Virus record (IMG/VR): IMGVR_UViG_3300028591_000083
Location: 143,350 to 207,349 of that record
Length of the DNA stretch: 64,000 bases
From: a virus
Lineage: Duplodnaviria > Caudoviricetes
Strand: one strand, 5' to 3'
Shown here: positions 1 through 9,524 of the stretch, one piece after another
Layout of the letters: each line of letters begins with the position of its first letter
Position numbering within the stretch: position 1 is the first letter of the stretch
Notes under the pieces: model-generated
The model's database searches: none
What the model was told of the DNA's origin: nothing
What the model saw: only the letters and a program-made list of their open reading frames with translations
Position numbers and translations under genes: made by a program

Positions 1-2
1 AT

Positions 3-635
3 TCCTAGCTGTGCGTTATATGTTTGTGATATCTTTTTATACTGCATATTAAACTGCAAAATCTCCTGTAGCTTGTTCCACAACTCTTCCGTTGGTATCT
101 GTTTGCATACATTATCTCCTGTATAAATGCTCCACATACCGCCGCCATTAGATTTTACACCTAATTTTTCGTTAATCTCTTTTGCGCTTAATCCAATCTC
201 TTTTTGACGTTGTTTCAAGAATTCCTTAACAAATTGCTTTGAATCTTTTATAAGAAACAATATGCTCTCTGTTACGTTCGGAAACATTTTATAGTTCTTT
301 GTAGCTCTACCTGAAACAGACTTAATTCCTTTATCAATTATAATTTGCTGTCTTAATTCAAATCCAAATCTCTCCAATATTGGAAGTAGTTTACACAACA
401 TTCTAAAATATCCGAATAAATACATCGTTCCGCATTTTCTGAGAACTCTATTTACTTCTGAAATCCATTTTTCAGACCATTCTAAATAGTCTAATTCTGT
501 GCGCCAAATATAATCCCATTTCTCATCAATTACCTTAAAATACGGAGGATCTGAAATTATAAGATCAACAGATTCATTTTCAATATGATTTTTAATTCCT
601 GTAATGCAGTCTTCTTTGAACAATTTTACAGACAT
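3..635 (-). CDS. DNA N6-adenine/N4-cytosine methyltransferase (beta class), runs off the left window edge
   Basis: Not in ORF track; manual translation MSVKLFKEDCITGIK...VDLIISDPPYFKVIDEKWD... has the DPPY motif IV and an HTH-like insert (EFLKQRQKEIGLSAKEINEKLG). Confidence 0.9.
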   Translation of the reverse strand, partial: MSVKLFKEDCITGIKNHIENESVDLIISDPPYFKVIDEKWDYIWRTELDYLEWSEKWISEVNRVLRKCGTMYLFGYFRMLCKLLPILERFGFELRQQIIIDKGIKSVSGRATKNYKMFPNVTESILFLIKDSKQFVKEFLKQRQKEIGLSAKEINEKLGVKSNGGGMWSIYTGDNVCKQIPTEELWNKLQEILQFNMQYKKISQTYNAQLG

Positions 636-637
636 AA

Positions 638-1564
638 TTATTTTCCTCTTTCTTTTGGATATGAATATGTTTTATTCTTTTCTTCAAACTCTTTTCTCAA
701 ACGCCTAGTCTCTAACTTCGATGCTCCAAGAACGTACACATATTTATGTTTTGGCGGGATATTCACTTTCTCTGATTTAGATTGCATCTTCTTAGAATAC
801 TCACGCAACTGATTTTCAACATCATCAGGAATATTATTAAATATAACTTTATCACCAATAGACCAATTAGACTGCCACTCAATTCCCAAATCCTGCGCGT
901 ATCTTTTATAATAACTTCTGCTCCTAAAAGTTCGATCAGATATCAATTTTCCGCTGTACGGAGATATGTATTTGAATTTAGCGCCGAAACTATTTCCAAG
1001 ATAATAGAAATTCAATGACTGATAAATTGTTCCTAATTCCTTTGCAGACGGATCAGAATAAGCCGAGAACAAACGATATTTAGTATTCTTTACCATCCAA
1101 CGAATACACCAACTAACAAAAGCGCTTCCTAAACACTTAGGCGACCATGATATACAAGCACCTCTTGAAATAAGTATCTCGATATCTTTTGTATTTTCTC
1201 CAAGCATATTTGAATATGCTGTTGGATTTCCCATTGTTACTACTCCGGCTAGAATATTATTATAATATGCACCGAAATAATGAGTTGTATTTAACGCAAT
1301 ATCTCCTAACCATTCATGTCTTTTTATAAACTGCCTCGCACAAGCCTTATCAAAATCACTTGTAATCCGCCTAAACTCAAATTCTGATACTTTCAGATCT
1401 TCATAATTTATTTCGTCAGGCAACAGCTTCAAATCATCTAATAGATTATTCAATCTTATATCATATTGCCAGCAGTGCGTCTTGTTATACGATTGCATTC
1501 TTTCTTGTTGCATTTTTCTTGAATCTGAATAATCGTCTTGAAAAAGTTTTATTCTGTTTGGCAT
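638..1564 (-). CDS. Mom-family (GNAT-fold) adenine-modification enzyme
   Basis: Motifs ARQFIKRHEWLG, SRGAC, AYSDPSAKELGTIYQSLNFYYLG resemble the phage Mu Mom family; flanked by two DNA methyltransferases. Confidence 0.75.
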   Translation of the reverse strand: MPNRIKLFQDDYSDSRKMQQERMQSYNKTHCWQYDIRLNNLLDDLKLLPDEINYEDLKVSEFEFRRITSDFDKACARQFIKRHEWLGDIALNTTHYFGAYYNNILAGVVTMGNPTAYSNMLGENTKDIEILISRGACISWSPKCLGSAFVSWCIRWMVKNTKYRLFSAYSDPSAKELGTIYQSLNFYYLGNSFGAKFKYISPYSGKLISDRTFRSRSYYKRYAQDLGIEWQSNWSIGDKVIFNNIPDDVENQLREYSKKMQSKSEKVNIPPKHKYVYVLGASKLETRRLRKEFEEKNKTYSYPKERGK

Positions 1565-1571
1565 ATTTACC

Positions 1572-2786
1572 TCAAAATAATTTCTTCTTTCTACTATTTT
1601 CTTTTATAGTAGCTTCTACTCTTTGTTTTCCTACTGCGCAATATGGATTTTCTTCTGAATTGCATAATTCTACATCTATATATCTTAAAGAATATCCACT
1701 TTCATAATTTAATTTTTCACAAGCTACAGCATGAGTACAACTTCCGGCTGTTATATCAATAGTAAGTCCTTCTTTCGGCGTAATTAGTTTAATTAACCAA
1801 GAAATTAGATCTATTGGTTTTAGAGTTACATGAGGATTTCTTTTACCGTTTGGAAGTAGTCTTTCTGACGGACTTACTTTAGGACAGTATTTGAAAACAG
1901 GAAATAATCTTGAACCGCCACCTGAATCTCCATATCCGCCAAGAGAATCATTCTTATAGTTATCGTTGGTTTCTTGATTGAACGCTCCGTAAATATGTCT
2001 TGCACGACATACTGTAGATGCTTTACCAGAACAACCTGTTGATTTTGTAACTCCTGTTTGCCTATCAACTTCATCTGTGATATTGTCAGCTAAAACAATA
2101 TTCGGCGGAAATCTACCGGCTTCATTTGCAGGAACCGCAATGTCTTGAGCATAAGCTCCATAAACTTTATCTTCTTTATTTGAATAATTAGTAGTTGGAT
2201 TCTTAGAAGCCTTTGCATTTAACATATCAATATCTTCTTTTGAAATAGGAACTCTACAAGCTCCTATATTCATTCCGCCAACTCCGTACTTTTCAATATT
2301 CTCAATATATGTTCCTTCTAATGGTTTTTGAAAGATTGTTATTGTTTCGTGTGCTGGTTTTAGCCCTGCTGTTTTCCAATCATTCCATTTTTCTGAAAAT
2401 TCTGAACTGCTGACCCCATTCTTTCGATCATACATTTTTCCGATATCTTGATTTGACGGCATACCGCTGCAATAGATCCAATCAACTTCTTCAACAATAG
2501 TAAATCCAGAATCTTCAAAAGCAGATTTCATTCTATGATTAGTTTTAGGACTTCCAAAGATAGCTGCATATGATCCATGTTTCATAATTCTGATAAGTTC
2601 TTTTGCTCGTTCTTCGCACCACCCATAGAAGTTCTTACTGGAATCCCAATTTTTTCCCATAAAATCAATAGCGTAAGGAAAATCAGATATGCATGAATCA
2701 ATAGAATTATCTTCTACTGATTTCATCCATTCTATATTATCTGCGTTTATAATTTTGCCGGATTTAGATTCATAAATTATTTCCAT
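1572..2786 (-). CDS. DNA N4/N6 methyltransferase with variant motifs
   Basis: SDFPY (DPPY variant), LKPAHE, HVTLKPIDLISWLIKL, and DITAGSCT (FxGxG variant). Confidence 0.85.
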   Translation of the reverse strand: MEIIYESKSGKIINADNIEWMKSVEDNSIDSCISDFPYAIDFMGKNWDSSKNFYGWCEERAKELIRIMKHGSYAAIFGSPKTNHRMKSAFEDSGFTIVEEVDWIYCSGMPSNQDIGKMYDRKNGVSSSEFSEKWNDWKTAGLKPAHETITIFQKPLEGTYIENIEKYGVGGMNIGACRVPISKEDIDMLNAKASKNPTTNYSNKEDKVYGAYAQDIAVPANEAGRFPPNIVLADNITDEVDRQTGVTKSTGCSGKASTVCRARHIYGAFNQETNDNYKNDSLGGYGDSGGGSRLFPVFKYCPKVSPSERLLPNGKRNPHVTLKPIDLISWLIKLITPKEGLTIDITAGSCTHAVACEKLNYESGYSLRYIDVELCNSEENPYCAVGKQRVEATIKENSRKKKLF

Positions 2787-2827
2787 TATTAACTATTTCC
2801 TTTCTACTGAAAGTAATTCTTTATTTT

Positions 2828-2856
2828 ATTATAACACAAACCGCCTGAAATGTCAA
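2828..2856 (-). promoter_or_regulatory. sigmaA promoter of the DNA-modification operon, overlapping the terminator hairpin of the upstream gene
   Basis: Minus strand TTGACA-17-TATAAT with TG extension; aaaccgc...gcggttt hairpin covers the -35. Confidence 0.8.
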
Positions 2857-2873
2857 GCGGTTTGTAGTTATTT

Positions 2874-3335
2874 TTAAGTTACGTTTTTCAGAAGTTCATC
2901 AATCTTATCATAGGCTTCGCCGCTGTCAATAATTCCTACTGTTGAAAGATTATCTGCTAGCCATGAGAAATAAGCAATGCATAAAGTATCTAGTTCTTCT
3001 TTAATAGTCATAATGTCTTTCGTGTTTTTGAAATTCTCTTTTCTGCAAACATTTCTAACTGAAATTGTAATCCAGTTATCATCTGTTACTCTATCTTGTC
3101 TTTTTCCATATGTTGCATCATAGATGAACTTCTTTTTAGGCAACCTCTTATTTCCTTTCTGAATATCAATGTCAGAAAGAAACGATACAATTTCCTGTTT
3201 CCAGTGATTTCGAGCCGAATTATTCTTATCCAATACAAGGTAAAGTAAATGTTCAATTATCTTTACAGTTCTTGCTTTGAGATCACGCTCAATTTCTTTT
3301 CTCTGCTCTACGAATTCAAACAATCTGATAACCAT
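2874..3335 (-). CDS. DUF29-like protein, paralog 1
   Basis: EHLL...RNHWKQEI motif; start moved to MVIRLFE (GGAGGG RBS); clear paralog of 9941, 10418 and 29061. Confidence 0.65.
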   Translation of the reverse strand: MVIRLFEFVEQRKEIERDLKARTVKIIEHLLYLVLDKNNSARNHWKQEIVSFLSDIDIQKGNKRLPKKKFIYDATYGKRQDRVTDDNWITISVRNVCRKENFKNTKDIMTIKEELDTLCIAYFSWLADNLSTVGIIDSGEAYDKIDELLKNVT

Positions 3336-3369
3336 AGCACATTCCCTCCAATAGATTCTTACTAAATAT

Positions 3370-3398
3370 AGTATAACATACAAATACTAAAATGTCAA
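3370..3398 (-). promoter_or_regulatory. sigmaA promoter
   Basis: TTGACA-17-TATACT with TG. Confidence 0.8.
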
Positions 3399-3422
3399 TA
3401 TCTTTTAAGAAATGAATATGTT

Positions 3423-3869
3423 TTAACTATATCTATTCACAACACATCCAGTAGGGAATGAAGAATCTTGATATACACAATCATCAGCAATAGTTACAGA
3501 AGTTAATCCTGTATCCAAGAAAGATAGATAATCTATATATTTTACTGATGGTGGTATTGTTACTGATGTTAGATTTGTTAGTCCTCTACAAGCCGCCGGA
3601 GTTGTAATGTGATTTGTTATTTGTGAGGAAACAGGACAACCATAATAATTCTTAACATTTAGAGTTGTCCAAAATTTAATTCCAGAAACATTTAAGCTAT
3701 CAATAGGAACTAAACCATTAACACATACATATGTTCCACGGAGATTCCAAACAAATTTAATTCCGGTAGTATTAATAGTATCTACTATATCTGATGTTAG
3801 TTGAGTTGGATATGGAAGTCCTGATAGTATGACATCTACTGATTTCCAATGTGTTTGTGTCCATGACAT
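3423..3869 (-). CDS. Small protein with C-terminal BspA-type leucine-rich repeats (adhesin/fibre accessory)
   Basis: LTNLTSVTIPPSVKYIDYLSFLDTGLTSVTI. Confidence 0.7.
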   Translation of the reverse strand: MSWTQTHWKSVDVILSGLPYPTQLTSDIVDTINTTGIKFVWNLRGTYVCVNGLVPIDSLNVSGIKFWTTLNVKNYYGCPVSSQITNHITTPAACRGLTNLTSVTIPPSVKYIDYLSFLDTGLTSVTIADDCVYQDSSFPTGCVVNRYS

Positions 3870-3886
3870 GATTAGATCACCTCACC

Positions 3887-4894
3887 TTACGGCACAAATC
3901 CAATATCAAGAAGTTTTTGTTCTGATTTTAATTCATCTAATGTTAGCCAATACCATCTTCCGGATGAATCAGATCCTTTTGTTATTACTGTTCCATATGC
4001 TGATGAATCTGTTGCAAATATTGTTGTTGCTGTTGAATCGAATGCGTTAATTGATACAGGAGCAGATACACCAGATGCCACAGATGGATTCACAAATGCT
4101 ATATAATTATATGCGCCAAGATACATTCCAAAAATATTATTAGGACTTTGAATTATTGGATTCTTAAATATGAAACTATTATAACAATCATTATTATTTT
4201 TGAATCGGATTAAAGGATAATCCCATGAATTTCCTTGACTTCGTATGTAGAAACCATCTAGTATGAATATGTTATTTGTTGTTGATCTACTACTGTTGTG
4301 CATCGGATAAAATATTTTATAATTTGAATACATAATTCCAGAAGAAGCATTATTTTTGATATAGATAGAACAATTATTAAATGCAACATAATTTGCAAGA
4401 CCGCACATATATGTCGTACTGCCAGATGCATACCCATAAACGCTTAAAGATACAGTTGAGTTTTTAAGCATGGCATATGAGTTAGTTCCTGAATAAAAGG
4501 CGTATAGACCGTATGATTCAGTACCAGTTGGTTTAAAGAAACAATCAATGAAATCAATATTTTCTATTGTTGTTCCCTGACCATTAAAATTCTCGTAAAA
4601 ATGTATAAAACAAGAATCTTTAACTGTTAAACCACGTATATATTTTTTTGTGTCTGCATAGATTTTTACTACGGTGGTTGCGAAAGACCCCCCAGCACAG
4701 TTAATAGCTCCCGCATATCCAATATAATTAGGATCATCTGCACAATCAATATCTTGAGTTAATTTAATATAATAAGGACCACTTGTATTTCCATTTACAT
4801 TTCCGCTTCTGGCATCTGTTATGATTTTATACAGCTCAGTTATCGTGCTTGGGATTGCTGGATCTGCTGAACTTCCTGTTCCTGTATAAGCCAT
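3887..4894 (-). CDS. Putative beta-helical adhesin / receptor-binding-like protein
   Basis: N-terminal YTGTGSSADP and IKLTQDIDC...IRGL motifs typical of GLUG/beta-helix surface proteins; N/S/Y/F-rich. Confidence 0.45.
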   Translation of the reverse strand: MAYTGTGSSADPAIPSTITELYKIITDARSGNVNGNTSGPYYIKLTQDIDCADDPNYIGYAGAINCAGGSFATTVVKIYADTKKYIRGLTVKDSCFIHFYENFNGQGTTIENIDFIDCFFKPTGTESYGLYAFYSGTNSYAMLKNSTVSLSVYGYASGSTTYMCGLANYVAFNNCSIYIKNNASSGIMYSNYKIFYPMHNSSRSTTNNIFILDGFYIRSQGNSWDYPLIRFKNNNDCYNSFIFKNPIIQSPNNIFGMYLGAYNYIAFVNPSVASGVSAPVSINAFDSTATTIFATDSSAYGTVITKGSDSSGRWYWLTLDELKSEQKLLDIGFVP

Positions 4895-4958
4895 AAATGA
4901 TCAACTCCTTTGAGGAATAAAATTTCTACTTATATTGTTGATATTTGGCGATATAAAG

Positions 4959-5002
4959 AAAGAACGATAGAAGTTTTTTCTACATTCCTTCTATCGTTCT
5001 TT
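4959..5002 (-). terminator. Intrinsic terminator
   Basis: 15-bp inverted repeat aaagaacgatagaag/cttctatcgttcttt. Confidence 0.75.
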
Positions 5003-5005
5003 TTC

Positions 5006-5242
5006 TTATAGTAGCTTTATTGAATCTTTTTGTTCTGTTTTAGCTAATCTTTTCATTTCAGATTCTAACTTATCATATAATTGCATAATTATTTCATTTG
5101 TTTCTGTGAATTCTTTTGGTGTTATTTGATCTCTTGTTTCTACTTTGTCTGCCAGTGAATCAGCAAATTGTCTTGCGGCTCTTTCGTGAAACCATCCAAC
5201 AGATGCATAAAGAGTCATCAACTCTTTCACTGTAAATTCCAT
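5006..5242 (-). CDS. Hypothetical protein
   Basis: Packed minus-strand ORF with RBS. Confidence 0.6.
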   Translation of the reverse strand: MEFTVKELMTLYASVGWFHERAARQFADSLADKVETRDQITPKEFTETNEIIMQLYDKLESEMKRLAKTEQKDSIKLL

Positions 5243-5244
5243 TT

Positions 5245-5649
5245 TTATTCATCCTCCGGAATAAGATTTAGTTTTCCAAGATTTAGCTGACCAAATACAA
5301 ACATCCTCAATCTTAGATCTTCATGAAGAATTGTGTAACATCCTACATGAACAAGCATTCTTTGAAGTTTATCATATAGGCTATCTGCTGTTTTTCGCTG
5401 AATATCATTTCCTGCACCTACTTTTACAATAATCAGTGGCGGATTGCAAGTTGTAAGAAGATTTGCAAGTGCGTAGATAGTGTTGCTATCAAAATCGCTA
5501 GCTTCGATATGAATTTCATAAAAGCATTCATCTCTACTGATATTGTCAAAACAATGTTTCATCTTCTCTCTGTAAAGAGAAATGCATTCTTTTTGTATAT
5601 TTGAATATCCATTTTTTACATCAAACACACTACCATATAGAATTCTCAT
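5245..5649 (-). CDS. Hypothetical protein
   Basis: Stop/start coupling with neighbours. Confidence 0.6.
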   Translation of the reverse strand: MRILYGSVFDVKNGYSNIQKECISLYREKMKHCFDNISRDECFYEIHIEASDFDSNTIYALANLLTTCNPPLIIVKVGAGNDIQRKTADSLYDKLQRMLVHVGCYTILHEDLRLRMFVFGQLNLGKLNLIPEDE

Positions 5650-6047
5650 TATTCATCCTCCGTTTTATGTTTTCTTTCATCCAAGACATAAGGTTTTTCA
5701 TCTTCTGTTTTGCAGAAGAACTCTTTAAGGTCAAACCAGTTATCTTTAATAATATTGCCAATCTTATGAATGGAGGAACCCCAACCGTCAGACTCTACAC
5801 GAATATATTTACCTTTAAGATCTTCCCATTTCTCAACTCCAACTGTGTTCATAATTTTCATCATTGCTACAATAGCGGAGCCATTACCTTTCCAGTAATC
5901 TGCACCAAGATAACCAACACCATTTACATACTGCCCAATACCACAACACCATCCGTAACCCTCAACAAAAATAGTAAAAGTAAGAACTCCGTGATCTGCC
6001 ATAGAAATAGAAACATCCTTAATCTTTGCATTTTCAATATTACTCAT
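5649..6047 (-). CDS. Conserved hypothetical phage protein
   Basis: ENAKI...DHG.LT...VGVEKWEDLKGKYIRV...IGNII is a pattern typical of Firmicute phage proteins. Confidence 0.65.
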   Translation of the reverse strand: MSNIENAKIKDVSISMADHGVLTFTIFVEGYGWCCGIGQYVNGVGYLGADYWKGNGSAIVAMMKIMNTVGVEKWEDLKGKYIRVESDGWGSSIHKIGNIIKDNWFDLKEFFCKTEDEKPYVLDERKHKTEDE

Positions 6048-6301
6048 TTTTTAACTTCCTTCCAGTAACCTTTTAAGAATTCAAATCTTCCAACATGAGA
6101 ATTACAGATCAAATCTGCTCCGTCTTTTTGTGTTTCTACTAAGCTAATTCCTCCTTTTTTAGAATTCATATCACTTTTGTTTACAAACTCTTTACAGAAT
6201 TCCACTCCGGCTTCACGAGTTTCAAAAATATCTAAGAAAGTGGTGGTAAAGGGTTTCAAAAGCCCATCCCTTACATATCTCTCCACTACATATATTCTCA
6301 T
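6044..6301 (-). CDS. Hypothetical protein
   Basis: ATGA-coupled ORF. Confidence 0.6.
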   Translation of the reverse strand: MRIYVVERYVRDGLLKPFTTTFLDIFETREAGVEFCKEFVNKSDMNSKKGGISLVETQKDGADLICNSHVGRFEFLKGYWKEVKK

Positions 6302-6783
6302 TTATTTTTACCCTCCACCTGTTTAACAGTTTTCCACGTTTCAAGATGAATACTAGTATCTCCGTCAACCATACCAACACCTGGAATAAAGTCTTTCCAA
6401 TTACTCTTGCTGAGAGCATAATCAACAATTCTTGCTTGTTCTGGAGTAAGTTTAACCCAACCAGATCCAGTAGAAACACCATCTCCACAAGAATCCATGT
6501 AGAAATAATAAGGTCTTCCTTCTACTGGTTTGTCTGGATCATAAACAAAAATATATGCAACCTCAGTAAAATAAGTAAAACCAGTTACAATACCATAACC
6601 AATGCTATAATCTACAACTTCAGCTTTTAACCATTTTTTATCAAAAGTTTCAGCATCCCATTCCTTTTTAGTGAACAAAGGACTATTAGTAACTTCATTA
6701 CCAACTTGCTCAAAAACCTTGAATGTGGTAGCTCCCTGAACACATTTCGGAAGTTTCTTTTCAATAAAATTTTTAAGAGTCAT
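6298..6783 (-). CDS. Hypothetical protein
   Basis: GGAGG RBS, coupled ORF. Confidence 0.65.
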   Translation of the reverse strand: MTLKNFIEKKLPKCVQGATTFKVFEQVGNEVTNSPLFTKKEWDAETFDKKWLKAEVVDYSIGYGIVTGFTYFTEVAYIFVYDPDKPVEGRPYYFYMDSCGDGVSTGSGWVKLTPEQARIVDYALSKSNWKDFIPGVGMVDGDTSIHLETWKTVKQVEGKNK

Positions 6784-6886
6784 TGTTCAGTTCCTCCATT
6801 TATTTCTCTCTATTACTACTAACCTATACATTTACATTAAAATTCATACAGCGAAATCTTTCTTTTACAGTGGATTCAGAACATAG

Positions 6887-7210
6887 TTAATCCTCCATTT
6901 TAATCTTACCAATCTTATATAATTCTTGCTTATATCGTCTGTGCTCCTTAACTGTCTTTGCCCGTTCTTCTTTAGTTTCCTGATAGTCTTTCCAATGCTC
7001 TTTGATTCTTCTGTCATTCTTACTCTTTGATTCAGGATTTACAGTTATAAGAATTAGTTTTTTACTTACTGAGTATTCTTTTGCTAGACCATTGAGACTA
7101 TAAAATCCCGTTCCGTACTTTTCTCGGATTTCTTGTTTCTGTTCTTCTGTCAATTTTCTTCTTCTGTCTAGTTGTTCTGGGAGTTTGATTTTTTCTGATT
7201 TATAAGGCAT
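6887..7210 (-). CDS. Small helix-turn-helix protein
   Basis: KLTEEQKQEIREKY...SLNGLAKEYSVSKKLI; start at MPYKSE. Confidence 0.6.
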   Translation of the reverse strand: MPYKSEKIKLPEQLDRRRKLTEEQKQEIREKYGTGFYSLNGLAKEYSVSKKLILITVNPESKSKNDRRIKEHWKDYQETKEERAKTVKEHRRYKQELYKIGKIKMED

Positions 7211-7211
7211 T

Positions 7212-8033
7212 TTAATCTTCACTCACTTCTACAAATTCTCCGTTTTTGATTGTATAGAAAACATTTTCTTTAATTCTGACTCCATCTACTTGTTCTGTTT
7301 TTACACATACAGGAATAAAAGTTCCTTCCTCGTTTCTTTTCCATTCTGTTAGTGTAATCCAAGATCCTTTTACAGCACTCACCTTATTATCATATCCAGA
7401 ACAAACAATTACTGAATTTTCTCCCGTTGATTTAATAGTTGCGGAATCACCAGAGCTTGCAAGTTGTGAATGATTTCCAGAGCTTACAATTCTTGTGCAG
7501 TTACCGGAGATTGCAAGCTGTGAACAATAGCCAGAGCTTGCAAGTTGTGAATGATTTCCAGAGCTTGCAAGGTTTGCATCGTCACCAGAGCTTGCAAGTT
7601 TCGCACCATGACCAGAACTTGCGAGTTTTGCTAAATTACCAGAGCCTACGAGTTGCGCGAAATTGCAAGAGCTTGCGAGTTTTGCGTAATTACAAGGGCT
7701 TGCGAGTTGTGCAAAAGCATTATCGTTTTCATTATTATCTACAAAATCAATAAATGCATAAATAATTCTCATTAGTGATAATCTTGCACCGATCTTAATT
7801 TTCTTCCCACATACCTTAGTATCTTCTCTTCGTTCACTGGACACTTCATCAAGTTCAACTTCATGAATTTCACTATCTGTTATATTATAATATGTCCAAC
7901 AATCTAAAGGATTCAAACAGGCATGGAATCCAGATTCACAAAGTTTTGCTTTACCCTCATAATATTCTTTTCCTTCTTCAAACTGAAATCCTCTACAAGT
8001 CATGTCCTTATTAAATGCCTTATATGCTTTCAT
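7212..8033 (-). CDS. Repeat-containing phage protein (DUF7666-like; SSGxxAxLA beta-solenoid repeats)
   Basis: True start MKAYKAFNKDMTCRGFQFEEG behind a GGAGG RBS; CESGFHAC motif; about 10 nine-residue repeats. Confidence 0.7.
   Translation of the reverse strand: MKAYKAFNKDMTCRGFQFEEGKEYYEGKAKLCESGFHACLNPLDCWTYYNITDSEIHEVELDEVSSERREDTKVCGKKIKIGARLSLMRIIYAFIDFVDNNENDNAFAQLASPCNYAKLASSCNFAQLVGSGNLAKLASSGHGAKLASSGDDANLASSGNHSQLASSGYCSQLAISGNCTRIVSSGNHSQLASSGDSATIKSTGENSVIVCSGYDNKVSAVKGSWITLTEWKRNEEGTFIPVCVKTEQVDGVRIKENVFYTIKNGEFVEVSED
7440..7715 (-). repeat. 27-bp-period coding tandem repeat (ccagagcttgcaag core)
   Basis: Repeated agagcttgc(a/g)ag units encoding LASSG. Confidence 0.8.
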
Positions 8034-8046
8034 TTTTATATCCTCC

Positions 8047-8367
8047 TTAAAAACAATTATAGCTATGAACAGATTTAACATCTTTTGTAAAATGTTTATA
8101 TGTTTTGATAAATCTGTCAAGAAGTCATACTTCTCTTCTCCATTCTTTTCTCTCTTCCGGAAACTCGCTTCTTCGCATTTCTTCATTACAGTGACCAGAC
8201 TCAAAGAATGTACTTAAAACATATTGACATTCACGAACCATATCTGCAATAGTCCAATTTTCAGTTCCTTCTGAAAGCGGTTCACCGATTGTTTTGTGCT
8301 CGTATCCACACATATTCATAATCTTGTTATACCGCTTAATAGCGGTTTCCATATTCAGATTTTTCAT
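8047..8367 (-). pseudogene. Early gene interrupted by an in-frame TGA at 8125-8127
   Basis: Frame stays open after the TGA (LLDRFIKTYKHFTKDVKSVHSYNCF) to a TAA at 8047-8049 that abuts the next gene's RBS. Confidence 0.55.
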
Positions 8368-8413
8368 AATAGATCCTCCTGTTCAAATTTCTTTCCTCTT
8401 TCCTTACAAATAT

Positions 8414-8442
8414 AGTATAACACATTTTATTCAAAAAGTCAA
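8414..8442 (-). promoter_or_regulatory. Strong sigmaA promoter
   Basis: TTGACT-17-TATACT with TG. Confidence 0.8.
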
Positions 8443-8469
8443 GTCCTTATTGAATAAATATAGATAGAA

Positions 8470-8496
8470 AAATCCACAGCTATTTGCCGTGGATTT
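8470..8496 (-). terminator. Intrinsic terminator
   Basis: aaatccac...gtggattt hairpin with a minus-strand U tract. Confidence 0.65.
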
Positions 8497-8521
8497 GTGT
8501 ATTATATACAAATAATTAAAA

Positions 8522-8899
8522 TCAATAATAAATAACTCCACCAGAACTGAGTTGAAATAGAATTCTCTCGGATGGTTTTCTGTATCCGGCTTCTGTATAA
8601 CTTGATTTAGTTACAAGATTTCTTGCAAATTTATCATAAAGAAGTGCTATTTCCTTTTCAATAATTTCTTCATCGTCACACAATTCTTCAAAATCAAGAA
8701 TAATGATTGCATACTTTGAATCAAGTAAGATATCTAAAGCGGCATCTATAGAACTCGGTGTATACCAGAAATCACATAACTGAAAAGAAATTTCCACAAC
8801 CTTATTTATTTCCGGATCTATTGGAAGTACAAATGCGTCTAAATATTTTGCTCTTAGTTCTTGTTCTATTTCACTTAGTTTCTGCACAACTAATTGCAT
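8522..8899 (-). CDS. Hypothetical protein
   Basis: ORF with RBS. Confidence 0.55.
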   Translation of the reverse strand: MQLVVQKLSEIEQELRAKYLDAFVLPIDPEINKVVEISFQLCDFWYTPSSIDAALDILLDSKYAIIILDFEELCDDEEIIEKEIALLYDKFARNLVTKSSYTEAGYRKPSERILFQLSSGGVIYY

Positions 8900-8939
8900 A
8901 TCATATCACCGTCCTCAAAATTGCTCCATGTGGAACATT

Positions 8940-9524
8940 TCACACTCCACCTTGGTTATCGTGTCCAATAACATCAAATCTATAAATCTGCTCGGCTCTT
9001 GGATATTTATCAAAATCAACAAAACTCATGAACTCTGAATACTTGCGAACATAGGACTTGTGCTCACCGAACATTTCTTGATATGTAATAAGAGGTTCAT
9101 TTGTTTCTCGTACGCAATCTCGTGAAATCGCAGTAACAACGTAGATATAATCTTTTTCTGACATCGTTGCTTTGAAATGTCTTACAATATCACCAACTAC
9201 TATTCTAGGTCTTACGGAGCACTTATTGTAGAAATCAATACATACCATCGTGTAATTTTCAACAAATCTAAATAGTCTTTCTTCATCTTCAAAATAAGAT
9301 ATATCTGCTCTTGAAGATGTATACATATTTATTGTATGATTATTTGAGTTTTGATTATTTGATTTTTTATGTATGATTATCTGAACTGCTGTATTTTCGC
9401 CAAGATAGATGAATTGCCAGATGTGAAGATCTGACTGTTTTGTATTCTTTACAAGGGTATTTAATGATGAATTGTAGATGTATTCGCCAGTATTTTTGAA
9501 ATCTTCTATGTTCAATTTAATCAC
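8940..9524 (-). CDS. DUF1653 domain protein
   Basis: GDIVRHFK...ETNEPLITYQ...YVRKYSEFMS.VD..KYP...Q.YRF. Confidence 0.75.
   Translation of the reverse strand: MIKLNIEDFKNTGEYIYNSSLNTLVKNTKQSDLHIWQFIYLGENTAVQIIIHKKSNNQNSNNHTINMYTSSRADISYFEDEERLFRFVENYTMVCIDFYNKCSVRPRIVVGDIVRHFKATMSEKDYIYVVTAISRDCVRETNEPLITYQEMFGEHKSYVRKYSEFMSFVDFDKYPRAEQIYRFDVIGHDNQGGV

Noticed and set aside
4921-4942. AATTTCTACT-TATATT-GTTGAT resembling a Cas12a repeat (solitary repeat / RNA anti-CRISPR)
   Set aside because: Single copy, the stem is broken (GTTGA instead of GTAGA), it is on the non-coding strand, and the AT-rich context makes chance likely.
8034-8204. N-terminal extension of ORF 7212..8204
   Set aside because: A strong GGAGG RBS places the start at 8033; this DNA belongs to the upstream gene's frame.
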